Under the pieces are notes generated by a model. That model was given only the letters and a program-made list of their open reading frames with translations, searched no databases and was not told the origin of the DNA. Of a stretch of 64,000 nucleotides of DNA, positions 26,331 to 39,200 are shown one piece after another (the stretch's first letter is position 1; each line of letters starts with the position of its first letter). Source of the DNA: Eledone cirrhosa (taxonomy: Eukaryota); assembly GCA_964016885.1 (NCBI GenBank), contig OZ024758.1, positions 34,410,001-34,474,000 of the forward strand. Reading direction: 5' to 3'. The translations under genes and the position numbers were made by a program.

Positions 26331-27299
26331 CAGAAGTCACTCCACTGTTGGTGAGAATTCATTTAAGTTCATGGTACTAGCTGTCAGAAGTAACCCCAAT
26401 GTTGGTGAGAATTCATTTAAGTTCATGGTATTAGCTGTCAGAAGTCACTCCAGTGTTGGTGAGAATTCATTTAAGTTCATGGTATTAGCTGTCAGAAGTA
26501 ACTCCACTGTTGGTGAGAATTCATTTAAGTTCATGGTATTAGCTGTCAGAAGTAACTCCACTGTTGGTGAGAATTCATTTAAGTTCATGGTATTAGCTGT
26601 CAGAAGGAACTCCAATGTTGGTGAGAATTCATTTAAGTCATGGTACTAGCTGTCAGAAGTAACTCCACTGTTAGTGAGAATTCATTTAAGTTCATGGTAT
26701 TAGCTGTCAGAAGGAACTCCACTGTTGGTGAGAATTCATTTAAGTTCATGGTATTAGCTGTCAGAAGGAACTCCAATGTTGGTGAGAATTCATTTAAGTC
26801 ATGGTACTAGCTGTCAGAAGTAACTCCACTGTTGGTGAGAATTCATTTAAGTTCATGGTATTAGCTGTCAGAAGTAACTCCACTGTTGGTGAGAATTCAT
26901 TTAAGTTCATGGTATTAGCTGTCAGAAGTAACACCACTGTTGGTGAGAATTCATTTAAGTTCATGGTATTAGCTGTCAGAAGGAACTCCAATGTTGGTGA
27001 GAATTCATTTAAGTCATGGTACTAGCTGTCAGAAGTAACTCCACTGTTAGTGAGAATTCATTTAAGTTCATGGTATTAGCTGTCAGAAGGAACGCCACTG
27101 TTGGTGAGAATTCATTTAAGTTCATGGTATTAGCTGTCAGAAGGAACTCCAATGTTGGTGAGAATTCATTTAAGTCATGGTACTAGCTGTCAGAAGTAAC
27201 TCCACTGTTGGTGAGAATTCATTTAAGTTCATGGTATTAGCTGTCAGAAGGAACGCCACTGTTGGTGAGAATACATTTAAGTTCATGGTATTAGCTGTC

Positions 27300-30200
27300 A
27301 GAAGTAACTCCACTGTTGGTGAGAATTCATTTAAGTTCATGGTATTAGCTGTCAGAAGGAACTCCACTGTTGGTGAGAATTCATTTAAGTTCATGGTATT
27401 AGCTGTCAGAAGTAACTCCACTGTTGGTGAGAATTCATTTAAGTTCAGAGTACTAGTTGTCAGAAGTAACTCCACTGTTGGTGAGAATTCATTTAAGTTC
27501 ATGGTATTAGTTGTCAGAAGTAACTCCACTGTTGGTGAGAATTCATTTAAGTCATGGTATTAGTTGTCAGAAGTAACTCCAATGTTGGTGAGAATTCATT
27601 TAAGTTCATGGTACTAGCTGTCAGAAGTAACTCCACTGTTGGTGAGAATTCATTTAAGTTCATGGTATTAGCTGTCAGAAGTAACTCCACTGTTGGTGAG
27701 AATTCATTTAAGTCATGGTATTAGCTGTCAGAAGTAACTCCATTGTTGGTGAGAATTCATTTAAGTCATGGTACTAGCTGTCAGAAGTAACTCCACTGTT
27801 GGTGAGAAGTCATTTAAGTTCATGGTATTAGCTGTCAGAAGGAACTCCACTGTTGGTGAGAATTCATTTAAGTTCATGGTACTAGCTGTCAGAAGTAACT
27901 CCACTGTTGGTGAGAATTCATTTAAGTTCATGGTATTAGTTTGTCAGAAGTAACTCCACTGTTGGTCAGAATTCATTTAAGTCATGGTATTAGCTGTCAG
28001 AAGTAACTCCAATGTTGGTGAGAATTCATTTAAGTTCATGGTATTAGCTGTCAGAAGTAACTCCACTGTTGGTGAGAATTCATTTAAGTTCATGGTATTA
28101 GCTGTCAGAAGTAACTCCACTGTTGGTGAGAATTCATTTAAGTTCATGGTACTAGCTGTCAGAAGTAACTCCACTGTTGGTGAGAATTCATTTAAGTTCA
28201 TGGTATTAGCTGTCAGAAGTAACTCCAATGTTGGTGAGAATTCATTTAAGTTCATGGTATTAGCTGTCAGAAGTAACTCCACTGTTGGTGAGAATTCATT
28301 TAAGTTCATGGTATTAGCTGTCAGAAGTAACTCCACTGTTGGTGGGAATTCATTTAAGTTCATGGTACTAGCTGTCAGAAGTAACTCCACTGTTGGTGAG
28401 AATTCATTTAAGTTCATGGTATTAGTTTGTCAGAAGTAACTCCACTGTTGGTGAGAATTCATTTAAGTCATGGTATTAGTTGTCAGAAGTAACTCCAATG
28501 TTGGTGAGAATTCATTTAAGTTCATGGTACTAGCTGTCAGAAGTAACTCCACTGTTGGTGAGAATTCATTTAAGTTCAAGGTATTAGCTGTCAGAAGTAA
28601 CTCCACTGTTGGTGAGAATTCATTTAAGTCGTGGTATTAGCTGTCAGAAGTAACTCCATTGTTGGTGAGAATTCATTTAAGTCATGGTACTAGCTGTCAG
28701 AAGTAACTCCACTGTTGGTGAGAATTCATTTAAGTTCATGGTACTAGCTGTCAGAAGTAACTCCAATGTTGGTGAGAATTCATTTAAGTTCACGGTATTA
28801 GCTGTCAGAAGTAACTCCACTGTTGGTGAGAATTCATTTAAGTTCATGGTACTAGCTGTCAGAAGTAACTCCACTGTTGGTGAGAATTCATTTAAGTTCA
28901 TGGTATTAGCTGTCAGAAGTCACTCCAATGTTGGTGAGAATTCATTTAAGTTCATGGTATTAGCTGTCAGAAGTCACTCCACTGTTGGTGAGAATTCATT
29001 TAAGTTCATGGTACTAGCTGTCAGAAGTAACCCCAATGTTGGTGAGAATTCATTTAAGTTCATGGTATTAGCTGTCAGAAGTAACTCCACTGTTGGTGAG
29101 AATTCGTTTAAGTTCATGGTACTAGCTGTCAGAAGTAACTCCAATGTTGGTGAGAATTCATTTAAGTTCATGGTATTAGCTGTCAGAAGTAACTCCACTG
29201 TTGGTGAGAATTCATTTAAATTCATGGTATTAGCTGTCAGAAGGAACTCCAATGTTGGTGAGAATTCATTTAAGTCATGGTACTAGCTGTCAGAAGTAAC
29301 TCCACTGTTAGTGAGAATTCATTTAAGTTCATGGTATTAGCTGTCAGAAGGAACGCCACTGTTGGTGAGAATTCATTTAAGTTCATGGTATTAGCTGTCA
29401 GACGGAACTCCAATGTTGGTGAGAATTCATTTAAGTCATGGTACTAGCTGTCAGAAGTAACTCCACTGTTGGTGAGAATTCATTTAAGTTCATGGTATTA
29501 GCTGTCAGAAGTAACTCCACTGTTGGTGAGAATTCATTTAAGTTCATGGTATTAGCTGTCAGAAGGAACTCCACTGTTGGTGAGAATTCATTTAAGTTCA
29601 TGGTATTAGCTGTCAGAAGTAACTCCACTGTTGGTGAGAATTCATTTAAGTTCATGGTATTAGCTGTCAGAAGTAACTCCACTGTTGGTGAGAATTCATT
29701 TAAGTTCATGGTATTAGCTGTCAGAAGGAACTCCAATGTTGGTGAGAATTCATTTAAGTTCATGGTATTAGCTGTCAGAAGGAACGCTACTGTTGGTGAG
29801 AATTCACTTAAGTTCATGGTATTAGCTGTCAGAAGGAACTCCAATGTTGGTGAGAATTCATTTAAGTCATGGTACTAGCTGTCAGAAGTAACTCCACTGT
29901 TGGTGAGAATTCATTTAAGTTCATGGTATTAGCTGTCAGAAGGAACGCCACTGTTGGTGAGAATACATTTAAGTTCATGGTATTAGCTGTCAGAAGTAAC
30001 TCCACTGTTGGTGAGAATTCATTTAAGTTCATGGTATTAGCTGTCAGAAGGAACTCCACTGTTGGTGAGAATTCATTTAATTTCATGGTATTAGCTGTCA
30101 GAAGTAACTCCACTGTTGGTGAGAATTCATTTAAGTTCAGGGTACTAGTTGTCAGAAGTAACTCCACTGTTGGTGAGAATTCATTTAAGTTCATGGTATT

Positions 30201-33200
30201 AGTTGTCAGAAGTAACTCCACTGTTGGTGAGAATTCATTTAAGTTATGGTATTAGTTGTCAGAAGTAACTCCAATGTTGGTGAGAATTCATTTAAGTTCA
30301 TGGTACTAGCTGTCAGAAGTAACTCCACTGTTGGTGAGAATTCATTTAAGTTCATAGTATTAGCTGTCAGAAGTAACTCCACTGTTGGTGAGAATTCATT
30401 TAAGTTCATGGTATTAGCTGTCAGAAGTAACTCCACTGTTGGTGAGAATTCATTTAAGTTCATGGTACTAGCTGTCAGAAGTAACTCCACTGTTGGTGAG
30501 AATTCATTTAAGTTCATGGTATTAGTTTGTCAGAAGTAACTCCACTGTTGGTGAGAATTCATTTAAGTCATGGTATTAGTTGTCAGAAGTAACTCCAATG
30601 TTGGTGAGAATTCATTTAAGTTCATGGTACTAGCTGTCAGAAGTAACTCCACTGTTGGTGAGAATTCATTTAAGTTCATGGTATTAGCTGTCAGAAATAA
30701 CTCCACTGTTGGTGAGAATTCATTTAAGTTCATGGTACTAGCTGTCAGAAGTAACTCCACTGTTGGTGAGAATTCATTTAAGTTCATGGTATTAGTTTGT
30801 CAGAAGTAACTCCACTGTTGGTGAGAATTCATTTAAGTCATGGTATTAGTTGTCAGAAGTAACTCCAATGTTGGTGAGAATTCATTTAAGTTCATGGTAC
30901 TAGCTGTCAGAAGTAACTCCACTGTTGGTGAGAATTCATTTAAGTTCAAGGTATTAGCTGTCAGAAGTAACTCCACTGTTGGTGAGAATTCATTTAAGTC
31001 GTGGTATTAGCTGTCAGAAGTAACTCCATTGTTGGTGAGAATTCATTTAAGTCATGGTACTAGCTGTCAGAAGTAACTCCACTGTTGGTGAGAATTCATT
31101 TAATTCATGGTACTAGCTGTCAGAAGTAACTCCAATGTTGGTGAGAATTCATTTAAGTTCACGGTATTAGCTGTCAGAAGTAACTCCACTGTTGGTGAGA
31201 ATTCATTTAAGTTCATGGTACTAGCTGTCAGAAGTAACTCCACTGTTGGTGAGAATTCATTTAAGTTCATGGTATTAGCTGTCAGAAGTCACTCCAATGT
31301 TGGTGAGAATTCATTTAAGTTCATGGTATTAGCTGTCAGAAGTCACTCCACTGTTGGTGAGAATTCATTTAAGTTCATGGTACTAGCTGTCAGAAGTAAC
31401 CCCAATGTTGGTGAGAATTCATTTAAGTTCATGGTATTAGCTGTCAGAAGTAACTCCACTGTTGGTGAGAATTCATTTAAGTTCAGAGTACTAGTTGTCA
31501 GAAGTAACTCCACTGTTGGTGAGAATTCATTTAAGTCATGGTACTAGCTGTCAGAAGTAACTCCACTGTTGGTGAGAATTCATTTAAGTTCATGGTATTA
31601 GCTGTCAGAAGGAACGCCACTGTTGGTGAGAATTCATTTAAGTTCATGGTATTAGCTGTCAGAAGGAACTCCAATGTTGGTGAGAATTCATTTAAGTCAT
31701 GGTACTAGCTGTCAGAAGTAACTCCACTGTTAGTGAGAATTCATTTAAGTTCATGGTATTAGCTGTCAGAAGGAACTCCACTGTTGGTGAGAATTCATTT
31801 AAGTTCATGGTATTAGCTGTCAGAAGGAACTCCAATGTTGGTGAGAATTCATTTAAGTCATGGTACTAGCTGTCAGAAGTAACTCCACTGTTGGTGAGAA
31901 TTCATTTAAGTTCATGGTATTAGCTGTCAGAAGTAACTCCACTGTTGGTGAGAATTCATTTAAGTTCATGGTATTAGCTGTCAGAAGTAACACCACTGTT
32001 GGTGAGAATTCATTTAAGTTCATGGTATTAGCTGTCAGAAGGAACTCCAATGTTGGTGAGAATTCATTTAAGTCATGGTACTAGCTGTCAGAAGTAACTC
32101 CACTGTTAGTGAGAATTCATTTAAGTTCATGGTATTAGCTGTCAGAAGGAACGCCACTGTTGGTGAGAATTCATTTAAGTTCATGGTATTAGCTGTCAGA
32201 AGGAACTCCAATGTTGGTGAGAATTCATTTAAGTCATGGTACTAGCTGTCAGAAGTAACTCCACTGTTGGTGAGAATTCATTTAAGTTCATGGTATTAGC
32301 TGTCAGAAGGAACGCCACTGTTGGTGAGAATACATTTAAGTTCATGGTATTAGCTGTCAGAAGTAACTCCACTGTTGGTGAGAATTCATTTAAGTTCATG
32401 GTATTAGCTGTCAGAAGGAACTCCACTGTTGGTGAGAATTCATTTAAGTTCATGGTATTAGCTGTCAGAAGTAACTCCACTGTTGGTGAGAATTCATTTA
32501 AGTTCAGAGTACTAGTTGTCAGAAGTAACTCCACTGTTGGTGAGAATTCATTTAAGTTCATGGTATTAGTTGTCAGAAGTAACTCCACTGTTGGTGAGAA
32601 TTCATTTAAGTCATGGTATTAGTTGTCAGAAGTAACTCCAATGTTGGTGAGAATTCATTTAAGTTCATGGTACTAGCTGTCAGAAGTAACTCCACTGTTG
32701 GTGAGAATTCATTTAAGTTCATGGTATTAGCTGTCAGAAGTAACTCCACTGTTGGTGAGAATACATTTAAGTTCATGGTATTAGCTGTCAGAAGTAACTC
32801 CACTGTTGGTGAGAATTCATTTAAGTTCATGGTATTAGCTGTCAGAAGGAACTCCACTGTTGGTGAGAATTCATTTAAGTTCATGGTATTAGCTGTCAGA
32901 AGTAACTCCACTGTTGGTGAGAATTCATTTAAGTTCAGAGTACTAGTTGTCAGAAGTAACTCCACTGTTGGTGAGAATTCATTTAAGTTCATGGTATTAG
33001 TTGTCAGAAGTAACTCCACTGTTGGTGAGAATTCATTTAAGTCATGGTATTAGTTGTCAGAAGTAACTCCAATGTTGGTGAGAATTCATTTAAGTTCATG
33101 GTACTAGCTGTCAGAAGTAACTCCACTGTTGGTGAGAATTCATTTAAGTTCATGGTATTAGCTGTCAGAAGTAACTCCACTGTTGGTGAGAATTCATTTA

Positions 33201-36200
33201 AGTCATGGTATTAGCTGTCAGAAGTAACTCCATTGTTGGTGAGAATTCATTTAAGTCATGGTACTAGCTGTCAGAAGTAACTCCACTGTTGGTGAGAAGT
33301 CATTTAAGTTCATGGTATTAGCTGTCAGAAGGAACTCCACTGTTGGTGAGAATTCATTTAAGTTCATGGTACTAGCTGTCAGAAGTAACTCCACTGTTGG
33401 TGAGAATTCATTTAAGTTCATGGTATTAGTTTGTCAGAAGTAACTCCACTGTTGGTCAGAATTCATTTAAGTCATGGTATTAGCTGTCAGAAGTAACTCC
33501 AATGTTGGTGAGAATTCATTTAAGTTCATGGTATTAGCTGTCAGAAGTAACTCCACTGTTGGTGAGAATTCATTTAAGTTCATGGTATTAGCTGTCAGAA
33601 GTAACTCCACTGTTGGTGAGAATTCATTTAAGTTCATGGTACTAGCTGTCAGAAGTAACTCCACTGTTGGTGAGAATTCATTTAAGTTCATGGTATTAGC
33701 TGTCAGAAGTAACTCCAATGTTGGTGAGAATTCATTTAAGTTCATGGTATTAGCTGTCAGAAGTAACTCCACTGTTGGTGAGAATTCATTTAAGTTCATG
33801 GTATTAGCTGTCAGAAGTAACTCCACTGTTGGTGGGAATTCATTTAAGTTCATGGTACTAGCTGTCAGAAGTAACTCCACTGTTGGTGAGAATTCATTTA
33901 AGTTCATGGTATTAGTTTGTCAGAAGTAACTCCACTGTTGGTGAGAATTCATTTAAGTCATGGTATTAGTTGTCAGAAGTAACTCCAATGTTGGTGAGAA
34001 TTCATTTAAGTTCATGGTACTAGCTGTCAGAAGTAACTCCACTGTTGGTGAGAATTCATTTAAGTTCAAGGTATTAGCTGTCAGAAGTAACTCCACTGTT
34101 GGTGAGAATTCATTTAAGTCGTGGTATTAGCTGTCAGAAGTAACTCCATTGTTGGTGAGAATTCATTTAAGTCATGGTACTAGCTGTCAGAAGTAACTCC
34201 ACTGTTGGTGAGAATTCATTTAAGTTCATGGTACTAGCTGTCAGAAGTAACTCCAATGTTGGTGAGAATTCATTTAAGTTCATGGTATTAGCTGTCAGAA
34301 GTAACTCCACTGTTGGTGAGAATTCATTTAAGTTCATGGTACTAGCTGTCAGAAGTAACTCCACTGTTGGTGAGAATTCATTTAAGTTCATGGTATTAGC
34401 TGTCAGAAGTCACTCCAATGTTGGTGAGAATTCATTTAAGTTCATGGTATTAGCTGTCAGAAGTCACTCCACTGTTGGTGAGAATTCATTTAAGTTCATG
34501 GTACTAGCTGTCAGAAGTAACCCCAATGTTGGTGAGAATTCATTTAAGTTCATGGTATTAGCTGTCAGAAGTAACTCCACTGTTGGTGAGAATTCGTTTA
34601 AGTTCATGGTACTAGCTGTCAGAAGTAACTCCAATGTTGGTGAGAATTCATTTAAGTTCATGGTATTAGCTGTCAGAAGTAACTCCACTGTTGGTGAGAA
34701 TTCATTTAAATTCATGGTATTAGCTGTCAGAAGGAACTCCAATGTTGGTGAGAATTCATTTAAGTCATGGTACTAGCTGTCAGAAGTAACTCCACTGTTA
34801 GTGAGAATTCATTTAAGTTCATGGTATTAGCTGTCAGAAGGAACGCCACTGTTGGTGAGAATTCATTTAAGTTCATGGTATTAGCTGTCAGACGGAACTC
34901 CAATGTTGGTGAGAATTCATTTAAGTCATGGTACTAGCTGTCAGAAGTAACTCCACTGTTGGTGATAATTCATTTAAGTTCATGGTATTAGCTGTCAGAA
35001 GTAACTCCACTGTTGGTGAGAATTCATTTAAGTTCATGGTATTAGCTGTCAGAAGGAACTCCACTGTTGGTGAGAATTCATTTAAGTTCATGGTATTAGC
35101 TGTCAGAAGTAACTCCACTGTTGGTGAGAATTCATTTAAGTTCATGGTATTAGCTGTCAGAAGTAACTCCACTGTTGGTGAGAATTCATTTAAGTTCATG
35201 GTATTAGCTGTCAGAAGGAACTCCAATGTTGGTGAGAATTCATTTAAGTCATGGTACTAGCTGTCAGAAGTAACTCCACTGTTAGTGAGAATTCATTTAA
35301 GTTCATGGTATTAGCTGTCAGAAGGAACGCTACTGTTGGTGAGAATTCATTTAAGTTCATGGTATTAGCTGTCAGAAGGAACTCCAATGTTGGTGAGAAT
35401 TCATTTAAGTCATGGTACTAGCTGTCAGAAGTAACTCCACTGTTGGTGAGAATTCATTTAAGTTCATGGTATTAGCTGTCAGCAGGAACGCCACTGTTGG
35501 TGAGAATACATTTAAGTTCATGGTATTAGCTGTCAGAAGTAACTCCACTGTTGGTGAGAATTCATTTAAGTTCATGGTATTAGCTGTCAGAAGGAACTCC
35601 ACTGTTGGTGAGAATTCATTTAAGTTCATGGTATTAGCTGTCAGAAGTAACTCCACTGTTGGTGAGAATTCATTTAAGTTCAGGGTACTAGTTGTCAGAA
35701 GTAACTCCACTGTTGGTGAGAATTCATTTAAGTTCATGGTATTAGTTGTCAGAAGTAACTCCACTGTTGGTGAGAATTCATTTAAGTTATGGTATTAGTT
35801 GTCAGAAGTAACTCCAATGTTGTTGAGAATTCATTTAAGTTCATGGTACTAGCTGTCAGAAGTAACTCCACTGTTGGTGAGAATTCATTTAAGTTCATGG
35901 TATTAGCTGTCAGAAGTAACTCCACTGTTGGTGAGAATTCATTTAAGTCATGGTATTAGCTGTCAGAAGTAACTCTATTGTTGGTGAGAATTCATTTAAG
36001 TTCATGGTACTAGCTGTCAGAAGTAACTCCACTGTTGGTGAGAGTTCATTCAAGTTCATGGTATTAGCTGTCAGAAGTAACTCCAATGTTGGTGAGAATT
36101 CATTTAAGTTCATAGTATTAGCTGTCAGAAGTAACTCCACTGTTGGTGAGAATTCATTTAAGTTCATGGTATTAGCTGTCAGAAGTAACTCCACTGTTGG

Positions 36201-39200
36201 TGAGAATTCATTTAAGTTCATGGTACTAGCTGTCAGAAGTAACTCCACTGTTGGTGAGAATTCATTTAAGTTCATGGTATTAGTTTGTCAGAAGTAACTC
36301 CACTGTTGGTGAGAATTCATTTAAGTCATGGTATTAGTTGTCAGAAGTAACTCCAATGTTGGTGAGAATTCATTTAAGTTCATGGTACTAGCTGTCAGAA
36401 GTAACTCCACTGTTGGTGAGAATTCATTTAAGTTCATGGTATTAGCTGTCAGAAGTAACTCCACTGTTGGTGAGAATTCATTTAAGTTCATGGTACTAGC
36501 TGTCAGAAGTAACTCCACTGTTGGTGAGAATTCATTTAAGTTCATGGTATTAGTTTGTCAGAAGTAACTCCACTGTTGGTGAGAATTCATTTAAGTCATG
36601 GTATTAGTTGTCAGAAGTAACTCCAATGTTGGTGAGAATTCATTTAAGTTCATGGTACTAGCTGTCAGAAGTAACTCCACTGTTGGTGAGAATTCATTTA
36701 AGTTCAAGGTATTAGCTGTCAGAAGTAACTCCACTGTTGGTGAGAATTCATTTAAGTCGTGGTATTAGCTGTCAGAAGTAACTCCATTGTTGGTGAGAAT
36801 TCATTTAAGTCATGGTACTAGCTGTCAGAAGTAACTCCACTGTTGGTGAGAATTCATTTAAGTTCATGGTACTAGCTGTCAGAAGTAACTCCAATGTTGG
36901 TGAGAATTCATTTAAGTTCACGGTATTAGCTGTCAGAAGTAACTCCACTGTTGGTGAGAATTCATTTAAGTTCATGGTACTAGCTGTCAGAAGTAACTCC
37001 ACTGTTGGTGAGAATTCATTTAAGTTCATGGTATTAGCTGTCAGAAGTCACTCCAATGTTGGTGAGAATTCATTTAAGTTCATGGTATTAGCTGTCAGAA
37101 GTCACTCCACTGTTGGTGAGAATTCATTTAAGTCATGGTATTAGTTGTCAGAAGTAACTCCAATGTTGGTGAGAATTCATTTAAGTTCATGGTACTAGCT
37201 GTCAGAAGTAACTCCACTGTTGGTGAGAATTCATTTAAGTTCATGGTATTAGCTGTCAGAAGTAACTCCACTGTTGGTGAGAATACATTTAAGTTCATGG
37301 TATTAGCTGTCAGAAGTAACTCCACTGTTGGTGAAAATTCATTTAAGTTCATGGTATTAGCTGTCAGAAGGAACTCCACTGTTGGTGAGAATTCATTTAA
37401 GTTCATGGTATTAGCTGTCAGAAGTAACTCCACTGTTGGTGAGAATTCATTTAAGTTCAGAGTACTAGTTGTCAGAAGTAACTCCACTGTTGGTGAGAAT
37501 TCATTTAAGTTCATGGTATTAGTTGTCAGAAGTAACTCCACTGTTGGTGAGAATTCATTTAAGTCATGGTATTAGTTGTCAGAAGTAACTCCAATGTTGG
37601 TGAGAATTCATTTAAGTTCATGGTACTAGCTGTCAGAAGTAACTCCACTGTTGGTGAGAATTCATTTAAGTTCATGGTATTAGCTGTCAGAAGTAACTCC
37701 ACTGTTGGTGAGAATTCATTTAAGTCATGGTATTAGCTGTCAGAAGTAACTCCATTGTTGGTGAGAATTCATTTAAGTCATGGTACTAGCTGTCAGAAGT
37801 AACTCCACTGTTGGTGAGAAGTCATTTAAGTTCATGGTATTAGCTGTCAGAAGGAACTCCACTGTTGGTGAGAATTCATTTAAGTTCATGGTACTAGCTG
37901 TCAGAAGTAACTCCACTGTTGGTGAGAATTCATTTAAGTTCATGGTATTAGTTTGTCAGAAGTAACTCCACTGTTGGTCAGAATTCATTTAAGTCATGGT
38001 ATTAGCTGTCAGAAGTAACTCCAATGTTGGTGAGAATTCATTTAAGTTCATGGTATTAGCTGTCAGAAGTAACTCCACTGTTGGTGAGAATTCATTTAAG
38101 TTCATGGTATTAGCTGTCAGAAGTAACTCCACTGTTGGTGAGAATTCATTTAAGTTCATGGTACTAGCTGTCAGAAGTAACTCCACTGTTGGTGAGAATT
38201 CATTTAAGTTCATGGTATTAGCTGTCAGAAGTAACTCCAATGTTGGTGAGAATTCATTTAAGTTCATGGTATTAGCTGTCAGAAGTAACTCCACTGTTGG
38301 TGAGAATTCATTTAAGTTCATGGTATTAGCTGTCAGAAGTAACTCCACTGTTGGTGGGAATTCATTTAAGTTCATGGTACTAGCTGTCAGAAGTAACTCC
38401 ACTGTTGGTGAGAATTCATTTAAGTTCATGGTATTAGTTTGTCAGAAGTAACTCCACTGTTGGTGAGAATTCATTTAAGTCATGGTATTAGTTGTCAGAA
38501 GTAACTCCAATGTTGGTGAGAATTCATTTAAGTTCATGGTACTAGCTGTCAGAAGTAACTCCACTGTTGGTGAGAATTCATTTAAGTTCAAGGTATTAGC
38601 TGTCAGAAGTAACTCCACTGTTGGTGAGAATTCATTTAAGTCGTGGTATTAGCTGTCAGAAGTAACTCCATTGTTGGTGAGAATTCATTTAAGTCATGGT
38701 ACTAGCTGTCAGAAGTAACTCCACTGTTGGTGAGAATTCATTTAAGTTCATGGTACTAGCTGTCAGAAGTAACTCCAATGTTGGTGAGAATTCATTTAAG
38801 TTCACGGTATTAGCTGTCAGAAGTAACTCCACTGTTGGTGAGAATTCATTTAAGTTCATGGTACTAGCTGTCAGAAGTAACTCCACTGTTGGTGAGAATT
38901 CATTTAAGTTCATGGTATTAGCTGTCAGAAGTCACTCCAATGTTGGTGAGAATTCATTTAAGTTCATGGTATTAGCTGTCAGAAGTCACTCCACTGTTGG
39001 TGAGAATTCATTTAAGTTCATGGTACTAGCTGTCAGAAGTAACCCCAATGTTGGTGAGAATTCATTTAAGTTCATGGTATTAGCTGTCAGAAGTAACTCC
39101 ACTGTTGGTGAGAATTCGTTTAAGTTCATGGTACTAGCTGTCAGAAGTAACTCCAATGTTGGTGAGAATTCATTTAAGTTCATGGTATTAGCTGTCAGAA

